DNA of 64,000 nucleotides, taken from the NCBI GenBank assembly GCA_964615415.1, contig CAZTNI010000003.1:79235-143234 (forward strand). Direction: 5' to 3'. The first letter of the stretch is position 1. The number at the start of each line of letters is the position of its first letter. Below are positions 29,984 to 40,419 of the stretch, piece after piece. This DNA is from an uncultured Candidatus Saccharibacteria bacterium. Its GTDB lineage: Bacteria; Patescibacteriota; Minisyncoccia; Phycocordibacterales; SBAW01. The translations under genes were made by a program, and so were the position numbers. The notes beneath the pieces are model-generated. The model was not told the origin of the DNA. It was given only the letters and a program-made list of their open reading frames with translations, and did no database searches.

Positions 29984-31198
29984 CTACAGTGCGCGGGATT
30001 TTATTTCTTCTTTGAGTTTAGAAGCAATATCTGCTACAGAGAGGGCGCCGATTTTACCTGCGCGGCCTTCCAATGTTGCGGTTTGTGACGAGACTTCTTG
30101 GTCGCCAATAACGAGCGTGTAGGGGATTTTTTCTGTCTTTGCGGCGCGGATTTTCTTGCCCAGAGTTTCGTTAGAGTCGTCGATATCTGCACGGATGCCC
30201 GCATCTTTAAGCTGCTGTACGACATCTGCTGCGAATTGCTTGTGCGGCTCGGCGATAGGAATAACGCGAGCTTGTACAGGCGAGAGCCAGAGAGGGAAGG
30301 CACCTGCATAGTGCTCAATCAAGAAAGCAACTGTGCGTCCTATAGAGCCGATTGTCGAGCGATGAATCATTACAGGGCGCTCGTCTTTGCCGTCGCTATT
30401 GATGTAGGTGATATGGAATTTTTCCGGTAAAAGAAAGTCGATCTGCGCAGTAAACAAAGTGTCCTCTTTGCCGTTCACATTTTTTGCTTGGATGTCGAGC
30501 TTTGGCCCATAGAATGCGGCTTCATCTTCTGCTTCGATATACTTAAAACCTGCCTCGTCGAGTGCTTCTTTCATGACGCTTTCTGCTTTCTCCCACAGTG
30601 TGTCGTCGGGATAGTATTTTTCTTTATCTTTGCCACGCTTCGAAAAGCGATACGTAACGATGTCTTGGAGCCCCAAACCTTTCATGCCTTCTGCAATCAT
30701 TTTGCACACACTCACAAACTCACTTTTGAGCTGGTCAGGACGAACGAAGAGGTGTCCGTCGGTAAGCTCGAATTTTCTCGTACGGATGAGACCCATCAAC
30801 TCGCCTGATTTTTCATAGCGGTTGTAGTCAGCTACTTCGGCATAGCGGACAGGGAAGTCGCGATAAGAAAGAGGCTTGCGCAAAAGGAGGCGGATGTGGT
30901 GCGGGCAAGCCATGGGACGCAGGTAGAATTTATCGCCATCCATGTCGATGGGTGCGTACATGTTTTTTTGATAGTGATCCAAATGGCCGGAAGTCTTATA
31001 CAGAGTTTCTCCGCCTAGGTATGGCGTAGAAACATGGTCATAGCCGTATTTTGTTTCAAGGTCGCGGGTAAACTTTTCAAGTTGCAACTTAATTTGCGTA
31101 CCTTTTGGTGTCCACATGGGCAAGCCTTTGCCGACTTGTTCGTCAATGTAATAAAGGTCGAGCTCCTGCCCCAATTTTTTATGATCGCGCTCTTCCAT
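29984..31198 (-). CDS. thrS: Threonyl-tRNA synthetase lacking the N-terminal editing domain
   Basis: Starts at RDHKKLG; RPMACPHH, AAFYGPKLD, MIHR. Confidence 0.95.
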   Translation of the reverse strand: MEERDHKKLGQELDLYYIDEQVGKGLPMWTPKGTQIKLQLEKFTRDLETKYGYDHVSTPYLGGETLYKTSGHLDHYQKNMYAPIDMDGDKFYLRPMACPHHIRLLLRKPLSYRDFPVRYAEVADYNRYEKSGELMGLIRTRKFELTDGHLFVRPDQLKSEFVSVCKMIAEGMKGLGLQDIVTYRFSKRGKDKEKYYPDDTLWEKAESVMKEALDEAGFKYIEAEDEAAFYGPKLDIQAKNVNGKEDTLFTAQIDFLLPEKFHITYINSDGKDERPVMIHRSTIGSIGRTVAFLIEHYAGAFPLWLSPVQARVIPIAEPHKQFAADVVQQLKDAGIRADIDDSNETLGKKIRAAKTEKIPYTLVIGDQEVSSQTATLEGRAGKIGALSVADIASKLKEEIKSRAL

Positions 31199-31308
31199 AT
31201 AGATATAAGGTTATTCCGCAATACTACCTTTTTTATAGATTTTCGCAAAAACCTTTCGACACATGCTCAAGGTAAAGAAATCCGCCGCCCCTTTGGGGCG
31301 GCGGATGG

Positions 31309-31536
31309 TTATTGAGAATCTGCAGCTGGCGCTGTTGCGCGAAATTTCGGATTCGAAATTCGACTGAAGGGGTGCTGAGAGATCAGCTGTTTCGTAACCG
31401 GGTCGTATTCGGCAAGATCGACCGCAGAATTGCATCCTAGGTCGCATCGCGGAGTGTCTGGCGAATCAGCCATCAGCCAAACATCTGACATACAGATAGT
31501 GCAGTAGAACAAACGCATTCGCTGTGTCGTAGCCAT
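31309..31536 (-). CDS. Small Cys-rich (zinc-ribbon-like) ORF
   Basis: CTIC...CDLGC; GAGGA SD; terminator at about 31280-31306. Confidence 0.55.
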   Translation of the reverse strand: MATTQRMRLFYCTICMSDVWLMADSPDTPRCDLGCNSAVDLAEYDPVTKQLISQHPFSRISNPKFRATAPAADSQ

Positions 31537-31572
31537 GCCTGTGTCCTCTCTAAAGTTCCGCCGCTTTCCACC

Positions 31573-34500
31573 TTACAATGCTTTCAGTTTTTCAGCCACC
31601 AAAGAGAATTCTCCGTTGCGGTTAGAGACGCGCCCTTTCATAGCGATCACCATTTCAGACTTCAATATTTCTTTGTATTCAACAAAACTTTTCGGAAATA
31701 CTACAGCCTCAATAGTTCCATCGAAGTCCATTATTTTAATGAAGGCCATCTGGTCGCCGCCTTTGGTTAAGATGACGCGTACGTCTTGGATCATGCCCGC
31801 TGCAACTGCGGTGGTGCCGGGGAGTGCACGAGCGCGCAGTTGTCCTAAAGTCATCGGACGCTTTGAGAGCTTGTCTTTAAAGCGGTCGAGTGGGTGGCCG
31901 GAGACATAGAGGCCAAGCAACTCTTTTTCCCATGCGAGCTTGGTTTCAAGCGGCACGTCTGGCACCGCGGCAACTTGTACGTCTCCTGCAGTACCCCCTA
32001 AGCCTGCAAAGAGTGAATCTTGCGACTGTTCTTTGTTTGATTCGCGGTGGTATTCAAGGAGGACCTCAATGCCGTTCATCATAGTGCCGCGCTCTCCAAG
32101 CGAGTCGAGCGCGCCGCACTGAATAAGCGACTCAAGAGACTTTTTGTTGAGCATCACTTCTTTAACGCGACGAAGGAAGTCAGAAAGGGACGTAAATTTT
32201 CCGTGTGCTTTACGCTCTTTAATGATCGCATCCGCAATGTTGGTGCCGAAGTTTTTAATAGAGTAGAGCCCGAAGCGGATAGAGTCTTGTTCAATGTCGC
32301 CTGCGACTGCGGCGGCCTTCGCGGTGCGTCCACTTGCTTCGCTGATCATTGCCGTAAAGTCGCCAAAGGATTCATTTACGTCAGGTGCGAGGACTGGAAT
32401 GCCCATGCGTTTACATTCAGCAACCATAATAGATACGGTATCAATGTCGCCTGCTTCTGCGGTAAGTACGCAGGTCATGTACTCGACAGGGAAGTTGGCT
32501 TTCATATACGCCGTTTGGTACGCCACGCGTCCGTAGGAAGCTGAGTGCGCTTTGTTAAAGCCGTATGCGGCAAATGGTTCGATCCATGCCCAGACGCGTT
32601 CTGCTTTTGCGCGCGGCCACTTGGAATGATTGACGCATCCTTCAATAAACTTCTCCTTCTGTTTTGCCATCTCCTCCGGAATTTTTTTACCGACGGCTTT
32701 GCGGAATTTGTCCACCTCGCCCCAGGTGTAGCCTGCAAGCTGGTTCGCCATCATGAGGAGGTCGTCTTGATACACCAAAATGCCGTAGGTTTGTTTCAGA
32801 ATCGGCTCCATCGCTGGGTCGAGGTAGGAGACAAGCGCAGGGTTATGCTTGCGTTCAATATAGTTCGGGATGAATTGCATCGGGCCTGGGCGGTAGAGCG
32901 CTACCATAGCGTTGATGTCGTGGATCGAGGTCGGTTTCAACTCCTTAAGAAAGCGTGTCATGCCGGAGCCGTTCAGCTGGAAGGTTGCTTCGGTGTCGCC
33001 GCGCGTTAACATCTCGTACGTTTTTTTATCGTCGAGCGGAATTGTTTCAATATCAAGCGAGGTGCCGCGTACGGTGTTTACCAGTGCAACCGCATTTGCA
33101 AGGATGGTTAGGTTACGAATACCGAGGAAGTCGAACTTGGTAAGTCCCACACCGTCTTCACCGACCGAATACATGTCGTACTGTGTAATTATCTTGCCTC
33201 CCTTCGGGTCGAGCTGGAGTGGCGTATAGTTCACCATTTGCTTTGGTGCGATAACAACGCCTGCTGCATGTACGCCCACGTGTCGTGCGCAGCCTTCAAT
33301 CTTTTGTGCAAGGTCGATAATTTCCTGTACCTCGCGCTCGGCTTTGTACATTTTTGCAACTTCAGGATTTTCTTGCAGTGCGCGGTCGAGCGTCATCGGA
33401 AAGCCTTGCGAGCCGAATGGAATTTCTTTTGCAATACGGTCGCCAAGCCCGTACGGGTAGCCAAGTGCGCGCGCAACGTCACGGACCACTCCGCGGGCGA
33501 GCATGGTTCCAAAGGTTCCAATCTGTGCAACGTGGTCGTCGCCGTATTTTTTGCGCGCATAGTCGATCACTTCGTCGCGGCGGTCGTCGGCGAAGTCCAT
33601 GTCGATATCGGGAGCGGACGGGCGTTCAGGGTTAAGAAAGCGTTCGAACGGAATTTTATACTCGAGCGGATCGATCTTGGTAATTTGAAGGAGATAGGTC
33701 GTCATGGAACCGGCAACCGAACCACGGATGTTGGTGTAAATGCCGTTCTCGCGGGCAAAGCGGATCAGGTCTTCCACCACGAGGAAGTACGCCGCGTATC
33801 CTTTGAAGGCAATGATCCCGAGTTCATAGTTAAGACGCTCAAGCACGTCTTCGCGTCCCTCAAGTTCGCGGGCTTTGAGGCCGCGCATGCACAACTCGCG
33901 CAGTACCTCGTCCGCAGTTTTTCCAGGTGGCAGTGTAAATTCAGGAAAGACAAATTTACCTATCACGAGTTCCAGGTTGCAGCGCTCAGCAATCTCGACA
34001 GTTTTTGCGAGTGCTTCAGGGGTATCCGCATAGATCTCGTTCATCTGTTCCGCGTTGCGGAAGGCGAAGTTGTCTTCGTCGGCATCTATCTCTCCGGTTT
34101 CTTCTCCTTTGCTTTCAATTTTGCGCAGCGTTTCCCATGCGCGATGGTCTTCCGGGGAGAGGTAGAAAATTTCTTGCAGCGCCACGCCGCTGTAGAAGTT
34201 TTTTTCTCCGTAGAGGTCGGCGAGACGCAGCGCGCCCTCGCTGCGCGGTGGTGCAATAGCGATGAGTCCTTCAGTGTACGGAGAAAGCATCTCGCGAGTG
34301 TAGGCAACTTCGCCGTCATGCGGGTGTACGTTTGCGTTCGTTACCATCGCAAGGAGATTTTTGTATCCCGTCTCATTTTCTGCGAGGAGCACCATGCGGT
34401 TGCCGCCCTCGAGTTTTATATCGATGCCGATAATCGGCTTGATCTCCTTCTTTTTGCACTCTTTGTAAAATTCGATAGCGCCGTAGAGGTTGCCCATGTC

Positions 34501-34620
34501 GGTTAAGGCAAGAGCGCTACAACCCGCATCTTTTGCTGCAGCAACAAGTTCGTCGATCTTTGGCAGCGCATGCAGAAGAGAGAAGTGTGAGTGGACGTGC
34601 AGGTGTACAAACGGTTGCAT
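31573..34620 (-). CDS. dnaE: DNA polymerase III alpha subunit
   Basis: HLHVHS PHP start, RGSVAGS, PDIDMDF, YGFNKAHS, OB fold. Confidence 0.96.
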   Translation of the reverse strand: MQPFVHLHVHSHFSLLHALPKIDELVAAAKDAGCSALALTDMGNLYGAIEFYKECKKKEIKPIIGIDIKLEGGNRMVLLAENETGYKNLLAMVTNANVHPHDGEVAYTREMLSPYTEGLIAIAPPRSEGALRLADLYGEKNFYSGVALQEIFYLSPEDHRAWETLRKIESKGEETGEIDADEDNFAFRNAEQMNEIYADTPEALAKTVEIAERCNLELVIGKFVFPEFTLPPGKTADEVLRELCMRGLKARELEGREDVLERLNYELGIIAFKGYAAYFLVVEDLIRFARENGIYTNIRGSVAGSMTTYLLQITKIDPLEYKIPFERFLNPERPSAPDIDMDFADDRRDEVIDYARKKYGDDHVAQIGTFGTMLARGVVRDVARALGYPYGLGDRIAKEIPFGSQGFPMTLDRALQENPEVAKMYKAEREVQEIIDLAQKIEGCARHVGVHAAGVVIAPKQMVNYTPLQLDPKGGKIITQYDMYSVGEDGVGLTKFDFLGIRNLTILANAVALVNTVRGTSLDIETIPLDDKKTYEMLTRGDTEATFQLNGSGMTRFLKELKPTSIHDINAMVALYRPGPMQFIPNYIERKHNPALVSYLDPAMEPILKQTYGILVYQDDLLMMANQLAGYTWGEVDKFRKAVGKKIPEEMAKQKEKFIEGCVNHSKWPRAKAERVWAWIEPFAAYGFNKAHSASYGRVAYQTAYMKANFPVEYMTCVLTAEAGDIDTVSIMVAECKRMGIPVLAPDVNESFGDFTAMISEASGRTAKAAAVAGDIEQDSIRFGLYSIKNFGTNIADAIIKERKAHGKFTSLSDFLRRVKEVMLNKKSLESLIQCGALDSLGERGTMMNGIEVLLEYHRESNKEQSQDSLFAGLGGTAGDVQVAAVPDVPLETKLAWEKELLGLYVSGHPLDRFKDKLSKRPMTLGQLRARALPGTTAVAAGMIQDVRVILTKGGDQMAFIKIMDFDGTIEAVVFPKSFVEYKEILKSEMVIAMKGRVSNRNGEFSLVAEKLKAL

Positions 34621-34626
34621 GTACAC

Positions 34627-34634
34627 AGTATACT
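34627..34634. promoter_or_regulatory. Palindromic bidirectional -10 box (AGTATACT)
   Basis: TATACT on both strands, 6 nt from the dnaE ATG and 7 nt from the rnhB ATG. Confidence 0.7.
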
Positions 34635-34641
34635 TGCCGGC

Positions 34642-35220
34642 ATGGATACCGTCATTATTGGCGTCGATGAAGCGGGTCGCGGACCACTTGCCGGTCCGGT
34701 TTCCGTGGGAGTGGTGAAAGTTCCTATGGGTTTTTCAATCACGACAGAATTTCCTGGTGTTGCAGACTCTAAAAAATTGAAAGAAGGGAAACGAGAAGAG
34801 TTGTATGAAAAGTTACTTTGGTATAAGGACCAAGGCATGGTGGATTTCGTTGTGCAATTTAGATCTGCTGCAGTTATAGACGAGGTTGGTATTACCGAAG
34901 CAGTGCGAGATGGTGTACATAGCGGCATACGACAGCTTGTTCCAGACTCTGGCGGAGTGCGGGTGCTGCTTGATGGTTTACTGCATGCCCCCACAGAATA
35001 TGCACAAGAAACAATTATTAAAGGAGATGAAAAGGAGCCGGTAATTTCGCTTGCGTCTATTGCAGCAAAAGTAGAACGTGATCGCTTAATGAAAGAACTT
35101 GCGAAAGAGTTTCCGCTCTATGGGTTCGACATCCACAAAGGCTACGGCACTAAAAAACATAAAGAAGCTGTGGCTCAGTTTGGATTATGCGCTCTCCACA
35201 GAAAGACGTTCTGTGGTTGA
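34642..35220 (+). CDS. rnhB: Ribonuclease HII
   Basis: GVDEAGRGPLAGPV, DSKKL, ASIAAKV, HKGYGT. Confidence 0.95.
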   Translation: MDTVIIGVDEAGRGPLAGPVSVGVVKVPMGFSITTEFPGVADSKKLKEGKREELYEKLLWYKDQGMVDFVVQFRSAAVIDEVGITEAVRDGVHSGIRQLVPDSGGVRVLLDGLLHAPTEYAQETIIKGDEKEPVISLASIAAKVERDRLMKELAKEFPLYGFDIHKGYGTKKHKEAVAQFGLCALHRKTFCG

Positions 35221-35313
35221 CCGTGTATAGCGAGCGGGAGTATAGTTGCTTGCGGAAGTTCGTTTTTGTTGTGTATCGATTGAAATGGTCATCCCAAACA
35301 TCGGAGCAGAGTC

Positions 35314-35589
35314 GTGTATTCTGGACTACGAAAAACAAAACCGATAGGTGAGGAGTATACGGGTCCCGTGACCCAGCGCATTCTCAAGGATTGGCGACCC
35401 ACCGAAGAGCACCCCTGCGTCTGTTCCTTGTGTCGGCATCAGGACACTACGTCATGCCCCTTCCGGACAGGAGCGAAACCCGAACAAGGGTTTTGTGATC
35501 GTTTTTCAATCAACGCGACTACCGACGAGGAGCTCAATGCGCTCTTCGAGTCCGACATGCGGTCGGTCGGTGTCGTTCCACTGCACTAG
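35314..35589 (+). CDS. Small Cys-rich ORF (accessory)
   Basis: CVCSLC...C...C; TTGACC-18-TATAGT, GGAG SD, terminator at about 35600-35643. Confidence 0.55.
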   Translation: MYSGLRKTKPIGEEYTGPVTQRILKDWRPTEEHPCVCSLCRHQDTTSCPFRTGAKPEQGFCDRFSINATTDEELNALFESDMRSVGVVPLH

Positions 35590-35676
35590 CGACACTAATA
35601 ACCCCCGCCCTCTGTACTTTACTAGTACACAGGGCGGGGGTTTGTCATTTTTAGCCTTATTTGCTATAGTCCAGGT

Positions 35677-35904
35677 ATGGTAGTCCGAATGAGACACACC
35701 CGTGCGCACACGGCTAACCGCCGTTCGCACCATGCACTTACAGAGAAAGCGCTCGCAACTTGCGAGTGTGGCGCTGTTCGCGTATCTCATCGTGCCTGCC
35801 CAACCTGTGGCCGCTACAAGGGTCGCATCGTTGTTGATCATGCTGCTAAGGCGCAGGCAAAAGCTACGCGCAAAGCAAAGCGTGAAAAGGCAACAACACG
35901 TTAG
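35677..35904 (+). CDS. rpmF: 50S ribosomal protein bL32
   Basis: RRSHHAL, CECG, HRACPTCGRYKGR. Confidence 0.95.
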   Translation: MVVRMRHTRAHTANRRSHHALTEKALATCECGAVRVSHRACPTCGRYKGRIVVDHAAKAQAKATRKAKREKATTR

Positions 35905-35985
35905 TTGGAAACAAGAGTGAGGCGCTAGTCGCAACGGGCGGTTCGCTTGTGTATCCAAACGGTTCCCATGTTCCTTCTATAAGCA

Positions 35986-36912
35986 ATGGCTAATAGGCAC
36001 CTTTCAAGGTCAGTGGTCCTCCAAACACTCTTTGAGTGCGATTTTCGCCACTGTCCACTTGATGATGCCCGAGACTCACTTGAGCGTAATGCCGAGGAGT
36101 TTGCTCCTGGTGCGGGGGACATGCCCTTCATGGAAGACCTTCTTAAAGGGGTTATTGACCGTAAAAATGACCTCGACCTTGTTATAGAAAAAGCTGCTCC
36201 CGAGTGGCCTCTTGCGCGTATTGCGCCGGTTGACCGTAACGTGCTCCGACTTGGCCTCTACGAGTTGCTCTTTGCAGACCGCGATAAAGTTCCAGCAAAA
36301 GTTGCCATCAACGAAGCTATCGAACTTGCAAAAAGTTATGGAGGCGAACAAAGTGGACGCTTCATAAACGGTGTCTTGGGTGCTGTCTACAAAGAACTCG
36401 GCGAGCCAGGTAAAGACGAAGTTTCAAAAAAGAAAAAGGAGGTGCCGTACGAACAGATGCCGCTTCAGCGACTAGGTGGCGCTATCGTCTTTGCAAAACA
36501 TGGCGGCGAGTATTATCTTGCCCTTGTGCACGACATCTTCGGCCACTGGACGCTTTCTAAAGGAAAAGTGGGCGACCGACCTGAGATCGCCAACGAAAGT
36601 GTTGAAGAAGGCACTATCCGGGAGATTAAAGAAGAGCTCGGGCTCGACATCACCATTAAAGAAAAGGTGGGCGAAAATGAGTACATTGCGAGCGATCCGG
36701 AGGTAGGGAAGAAGCGCAAACATGTGACGTACTTCCTTGCAGAGTCTCCGTACACTGAAATTAAGCTCGAACAAAAAGGAGGACTCGACGACGCGAAGTG
36801 GTTTAAAGTGCAGGATGCGCTCGAGCTCAACTTCTACGACGACGTGCTTCCTATTATTACTAAAGCGGTGCAGATTCTTTCCCAGGCTGCCCCTACTAAA
36901 AAAACAGCATAA
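35986..36912 (+). CDS. nusB: NusB fused to a Nudix hydrolase domain
   Basis: VAINEAIELAK..FINGVL; then KGK...EEGTIREIKEELG Nudix box. Confidence 0.9.
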   Translation: MANRHLSRSVVLQTLFECDFRHCPLDDARDSLERNAEEFAPGAGDMPFMEDLLKGVIDRKNDLDLVIEKAAPEWPLARIAPVDRNVLRLGLYELLFADRDKVPAKVAINEAIELAKSYGGEQSGRFINGVLGAVYKELGEPGKDEVSKKKKEVPYEQMPLQRLGGAIVFAKHGGEYYLALVHDIFGHWTLSKGKVGDRPEIANESVEEGTIREIKEELGLDITIKEKVGENEYIASDPEVGKKRKHVTYFLAESPYTEIKLEQKGGLDDAKWFKVQDALELNFYDDVLPIITKAVQILSQAAPTKKTA

Positions 36913-36924
36913 TCCGTTTCCTGT

Positions 36925-37617
36925 ATGCAGAACGACTTACAGACTTTCGAGAAGAACATCGGTATTACCTTCACTGATCCAGCGCTCCTGAAGCAAGCGT
37001 TTACGCACCGCTCGTATTTAAACGAGCATCGCGAGGAGAAACAAGGCCACAACGAACGTCTCGAATTTTTAGGCGATGCAGTGCTTGAACTCGTCTCGAC
37101 ACACTTTTTGTACGAAAAATTTCCAGAACGTCCCGAAGGTGACTTAACGGCGTATCGTGCAGCCTTGGTAAACGCAGTGACGTGTGCAGAAGTCGCTCAG
37201 GCGCTCGACATGAACGCGTTCCTCCTCCTTTCCAAAGGGGAAGCGAAAGACAACGGCCGCGCGCGCGGCGTATTGCTCGCAAATGCATTTGAGGCGCTGG
37301 TGGGGGCAATTTACTTAGACCAGGGGTACGACGTGGCAAAGCAGTTTATCCATACCCACCTCCTTCCGAAGATCGACGAGATTGTGAAAAAACGCCTCTG
37401 GCAGGATGCAAAGAGCGCCCTCCAAGAAAAGGCACAAGATGTCGAAGGCGTGACTCCTTCGTACTCCGTTATCCGCGAGTCAGGGCCAGACCATGACAAG
37501 CAATTTGTCGTTGGGGTATATGTGCGGGACGCGCTTTTAGCACAGGGAACAGGTAAAAGTAAGCAGGAGGCAGAACAAGATGCTGCAAAGAATGCCCTTG
37601 ACTCGAAAGGGTGGTAG
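36925..37617 (+). CDS. rnc: Ribonuclease III
   Basis: NERLEFLGDAVL; dsRBD (GPDH, SKQEAEQ). Confidence 0.97.
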   Translation: MQNDLQTFEKNIGITFTDPALLKQAFTHRSYLNEHREEKQGHNERLEFLGDAVLELVSTHFLYEKFPERPEGDLTAYRAALVNAVTCAEVAQALDMNAFLLLSKGEAKDNGRARGVLLANAFEALVGAIYLDQGYDVAKQFIHTHLLPKIDEIVKKRLWQDAKSALQEKAQDVEGVTPSYSVIRESGPDHDKQFVVGVYVRDALLAQGTGKSKQEAEQDAAKNALDSKGW

Positions 37618-37645
37618 TATTAAAGAGAACGTGTGACACACTCGT

Positions 37646-38143
37646 ATGGAGGTTAATTCTCACATTTCAATAACCAAGTGGGCTCGCAATCTGCCGTCAT
37701 CGAAGATGATCTACCCTCCGGAGCTTTCTAATCGCTTTAAATATGCGCTGTGGCGGGTTATTACTCCGGTCCACCCGTACCTCCGCGACCTTGGTCAAGC
37801 GGTAGGGCTTGCTCGTGCGCACCAAAAACACCACGGGCGTCAGGACTTTTTGCTCGGCACTGTCAATCCTAATAAAATAGAGGACTTCGTATCTTTTTTA
37901 CTTGGTCGCGGGTTTGGTAACCACTTTATTGCGTGGAAGGACGATGGTGAGGTAGTGAGCCTACGCTTAGTTAAAGACTTTGTGTACCAGTACCACATCC
38001 GCGTGTTTGAAGACGGCGAGGTGCGCGGTCATTACGAATTTACTCCGGAGTGTCACCCGATACTCCATGTGCGTGCGAAAGGGCAAGAGGCACGCAGCGA
38101 AGACTTTGCAGAGTTTCTTTCTGGCTGGGAAACATTTCAGTAA
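37646..38143 (+). CDS. Hypothetical protein (start uncertain)
   Basis: ORF between rnc and smc; QYHIRVFEDGEVRGHYE. Confidence 0.6.
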   Translation: MEVNSHISITKWARNLPSSKMIYPPELSNRFKYALWRVITPVHPYLRDLGQAVGLARAHQKHHGRQDFLLGTVNPNKIEDFVSFLLGRGFGNHFIAWKDDGEVVSLRLVKDFVYQYHIRVFEDGEVRGHYEFTPECHPILHVRAKGQEARSEDFAEFLSGWETFQ

Positions 38144-38172
38144 CAGAAAGCTCTGATACAATACGACTGAAT

Positions 38173-40419
38173 ATGCGGCTGCAGTCTATCGAACTCTCGG
38201 GGTTTAAATCATTTGCAAAAAAGACCCCGCTCGAATTCTCATCGGCAATTACCTCTATTGTTGGTCCAAACGGTTCCGGCAAATCAAACACCGCAGAAGC
38301 CTTTCGCTTTGTGTTGGGCGAACAGTCGATGAAGTCGATGCGCGGGAGGCGCGGCGAAGATCTTATTTGGAACGGCTCACCGTCTGTGCCGCGCGCTGGC
38401 CGCGCGTCAGTAAAATTAGTGTTTGATAATACTGACCGTGCGCTCAATTTAGATTTTGATGCAGTTACTATCGAGCGCGCGGTAAACCGCGACGGCACGA
38501 ACGAGTACATGCTCAATGGTTCACAGGTACGCTTGCGTGACATTGCAGAGCTTCTTGCACAAGCTAACATTGGTTCCTCAAGTCACCATATTATTTCTCA
38601 GGGCGAAGCAGATCGTATTCTTTCGACGTCTCCCAAGGAGCGCCGCGAGATGATCGAAGACGCGCTTGGTCTTACGGCGTATTTGTATAAGCGTGAAGAC
38701 GCAGAGAAAAAACTTGAGAAGACTGCAGAAAACATGCGCGAGGTGGAAGCCTTGCGTCGCGAACTGGCACCACACTTAAAATTCCTTGCCGCACAAGTTA
38801 AAAAAGTAGAAGAGTCGCACGCCTTGCGTGCCGACCTGAGCAACAAGTATGCGGAATATTTAAAGCGCGAAAGTACCTACATTCGCTACGCAGACGTTGA
38901 CCTGCAAGAAGCACTCCAAGGTCCAGAACGCGAACGTGCAGAACTCGATGTGCACATTACCGAGTTGCGTCACACACTCGACTCTAAAGCGAAGAGCGAC
39001 GTCGAGTCGCACGAACTAGTTGCGCTCGAAAGTGAAAGCCGCGCCGCACGCGATAGACGCGAAGATATTATGCGCGAGCTGGGGCGCATTGAAGGCGAAC
39101 TCGCGGCCGCAGAGCGTTTTTCTGCGCACGAGGAGGGGACGGTGCCGGTCCGAGAAGTGCGCGCATTTGCACAACGACTTGAAAAGGAAGGCGAAGCCGC
39201 TTTGCAGCAGGGTAGTGATTTGCCCGGGAAGCTCCAAGCGCTCTTGGTAGTGGTTAAAGAATTTTTACGTCACCTTGGGTCTGCGTCGCAAGTACCAGAA
39301 CGTGATACTGAACAATTAAAGACCCGCAAACACGACCTTGAAGCGCAGCTGCAAACCGTAAAAGCAAAAGAGGAGCATGCTTCAAAAGCCATAGAAGCGC
39401 TGCGTAAAAAAATTGAGAGCGAAAAGGATGCAAACCGCGACGCTGAGCGCGAGCTGTTTGCGGCGATGGCTCGTCGCAGCACAGTTGAAGGAACGCTCAC
39501 TACGCTGCGTGCAAAGCAGGAACTGTTTATGCGAGAGAAGGAGGCCCTCACGGTAGAACTCCGTGAGGCGGGGGTGCTCCTTGGCCGCGATGCGCTCATG
39601 TACGACACGTTTGTCGTAAAGGACGAACGTGGCGAAGCGCTTGAAGATGCAGACATTATTGCCGAAGATCGCTCAAAGCAAGAAGAGCGTCGCCGTAAAC
39701 TGGAGCGTATGAAGATTAAGCTCGAAGAAATTGGCGCGGGTAATGCGGAAGAAGTGCTTAAAGAACATCGCGAGACGACCGAGCGCGACCACTTCCTTGC
39801 AAAGGAGCTTGCCGACCTTGCAGACTCTTCGGAAAAACTGCATCAACTAATTAAGGAGCTGACCGAAACGCTATCCTCGCGCTTTATGCAGGGGATCGAG
39901 AAAATTAACACGCAGTTTGATGCGTTCTTTAAATTAATGTTCGGCGGCGGCGGAGCTACGCTTACTCTTGTGCAGTCGAAGAAGCTGCGTCGCGGGGCGG
40001 TCGCTTCAGATGACGAAGGAGAGGTGGAAGATGAGGCAACGGAAGACGAAGGGATGGAAGTTGAAGAAGGGCTTGAGGTCGCGGTTAACTTGCCGCACAA
40101 GCGCGTGAAGGGTCTCCACATGCTCTCCGGCGGTGAACGTGCGCTAACGTCTATTGCGCTTATTTTCGCTATGTCCCAGGTAAACCCGCCACCATTTTTG
40201 ATATTGGACGAAACAGATGCAGCACTCGACGAAGCGAACTCACGCCGCTATGGCGACATGATCGAAAACCTGGCAAAGAAGTCGCAGCTGATTGTTATTA
40301 CCCACAACCGCGAGACCATGAGCCGTGCCGGCGTGCTCTATGGTGTCACTATGGGCTCTGATGGCGTATCAAAACTCCTCTCGGTAAATTTTGAAGAGGC
40401 AAGCGCGGTAGCAAAGTAA
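38173..40419 (+). CDS. smc: SMC-family ATPase, short (748 aa)
   Basis: GFKSF, GPNGSGKSN, LSGGE, ILDETDAALD. Confidence 0.88.
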   Translation: MRLQSIELSGFKSFAKKTPLEFSSAITSIVGPNGSGKSNTAEAFRFVLGEQSMKSMRGRRGEDLIWNGSPSVPRAGRASVKLVFDNTDRALNLDFDAVTIERAVNRDGTNEYMLNGSQVRLRDIAELLAQANIGSSSHHIISQGEADRILSTSPKERREMIEDALGLTAYLYKREDAEKKLEKTAENMREVEALRRELAPHLKFLAAQVKKVEESHALRADLSNKYAEYLKRESTYIRYADVDLQEALQGPERERAELDVHITELRHTLDSKAKSDVESHELVALESESRAARDRREDIMRELGRIEGELAAAERFSAHEEGTVPVREVRAFAQRLEKEGEAALQQGSDLPGKLQALLVVVKEFLRHLGSASQVPERDTEQLKTRKHDLEAQLQTVKAKEEHASKAIEALRKKIESEKDANRDAERELFAAMARRSTVEGTLTTLRAKQELFMREKEALTVELREAGVLLGRDALMYDTFVVKDERGEALEDADIIAEDRSKQEERRRKLERMKIKLEEIGAGNAEEVLKEHRETTERDHFLAKELADLADSSEKLHQLIKELTETLSSRFMQGIEKINTQFDAFFKLMFGGGGATLTLVQSKKLRRGAVASDDEGEVEDEATEDEGMEVEEGLEVAVNLPHKRVKGLHMLSGGERALTSIALIFAMSQVNPPPFLILDETDAALDEANSRRYGDMIENLAKKSQLIVITHNRETMSRAGVLYGVTMGSDGVSKLLSVNFEEASAVAK

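Noticed and set aside
33238-34506. 422-aa plus-strand ORF (also 22279-23373, 15580-16383 and others)
   Set aside because: Antisense shadows of dnaE, gyrB and tsf.
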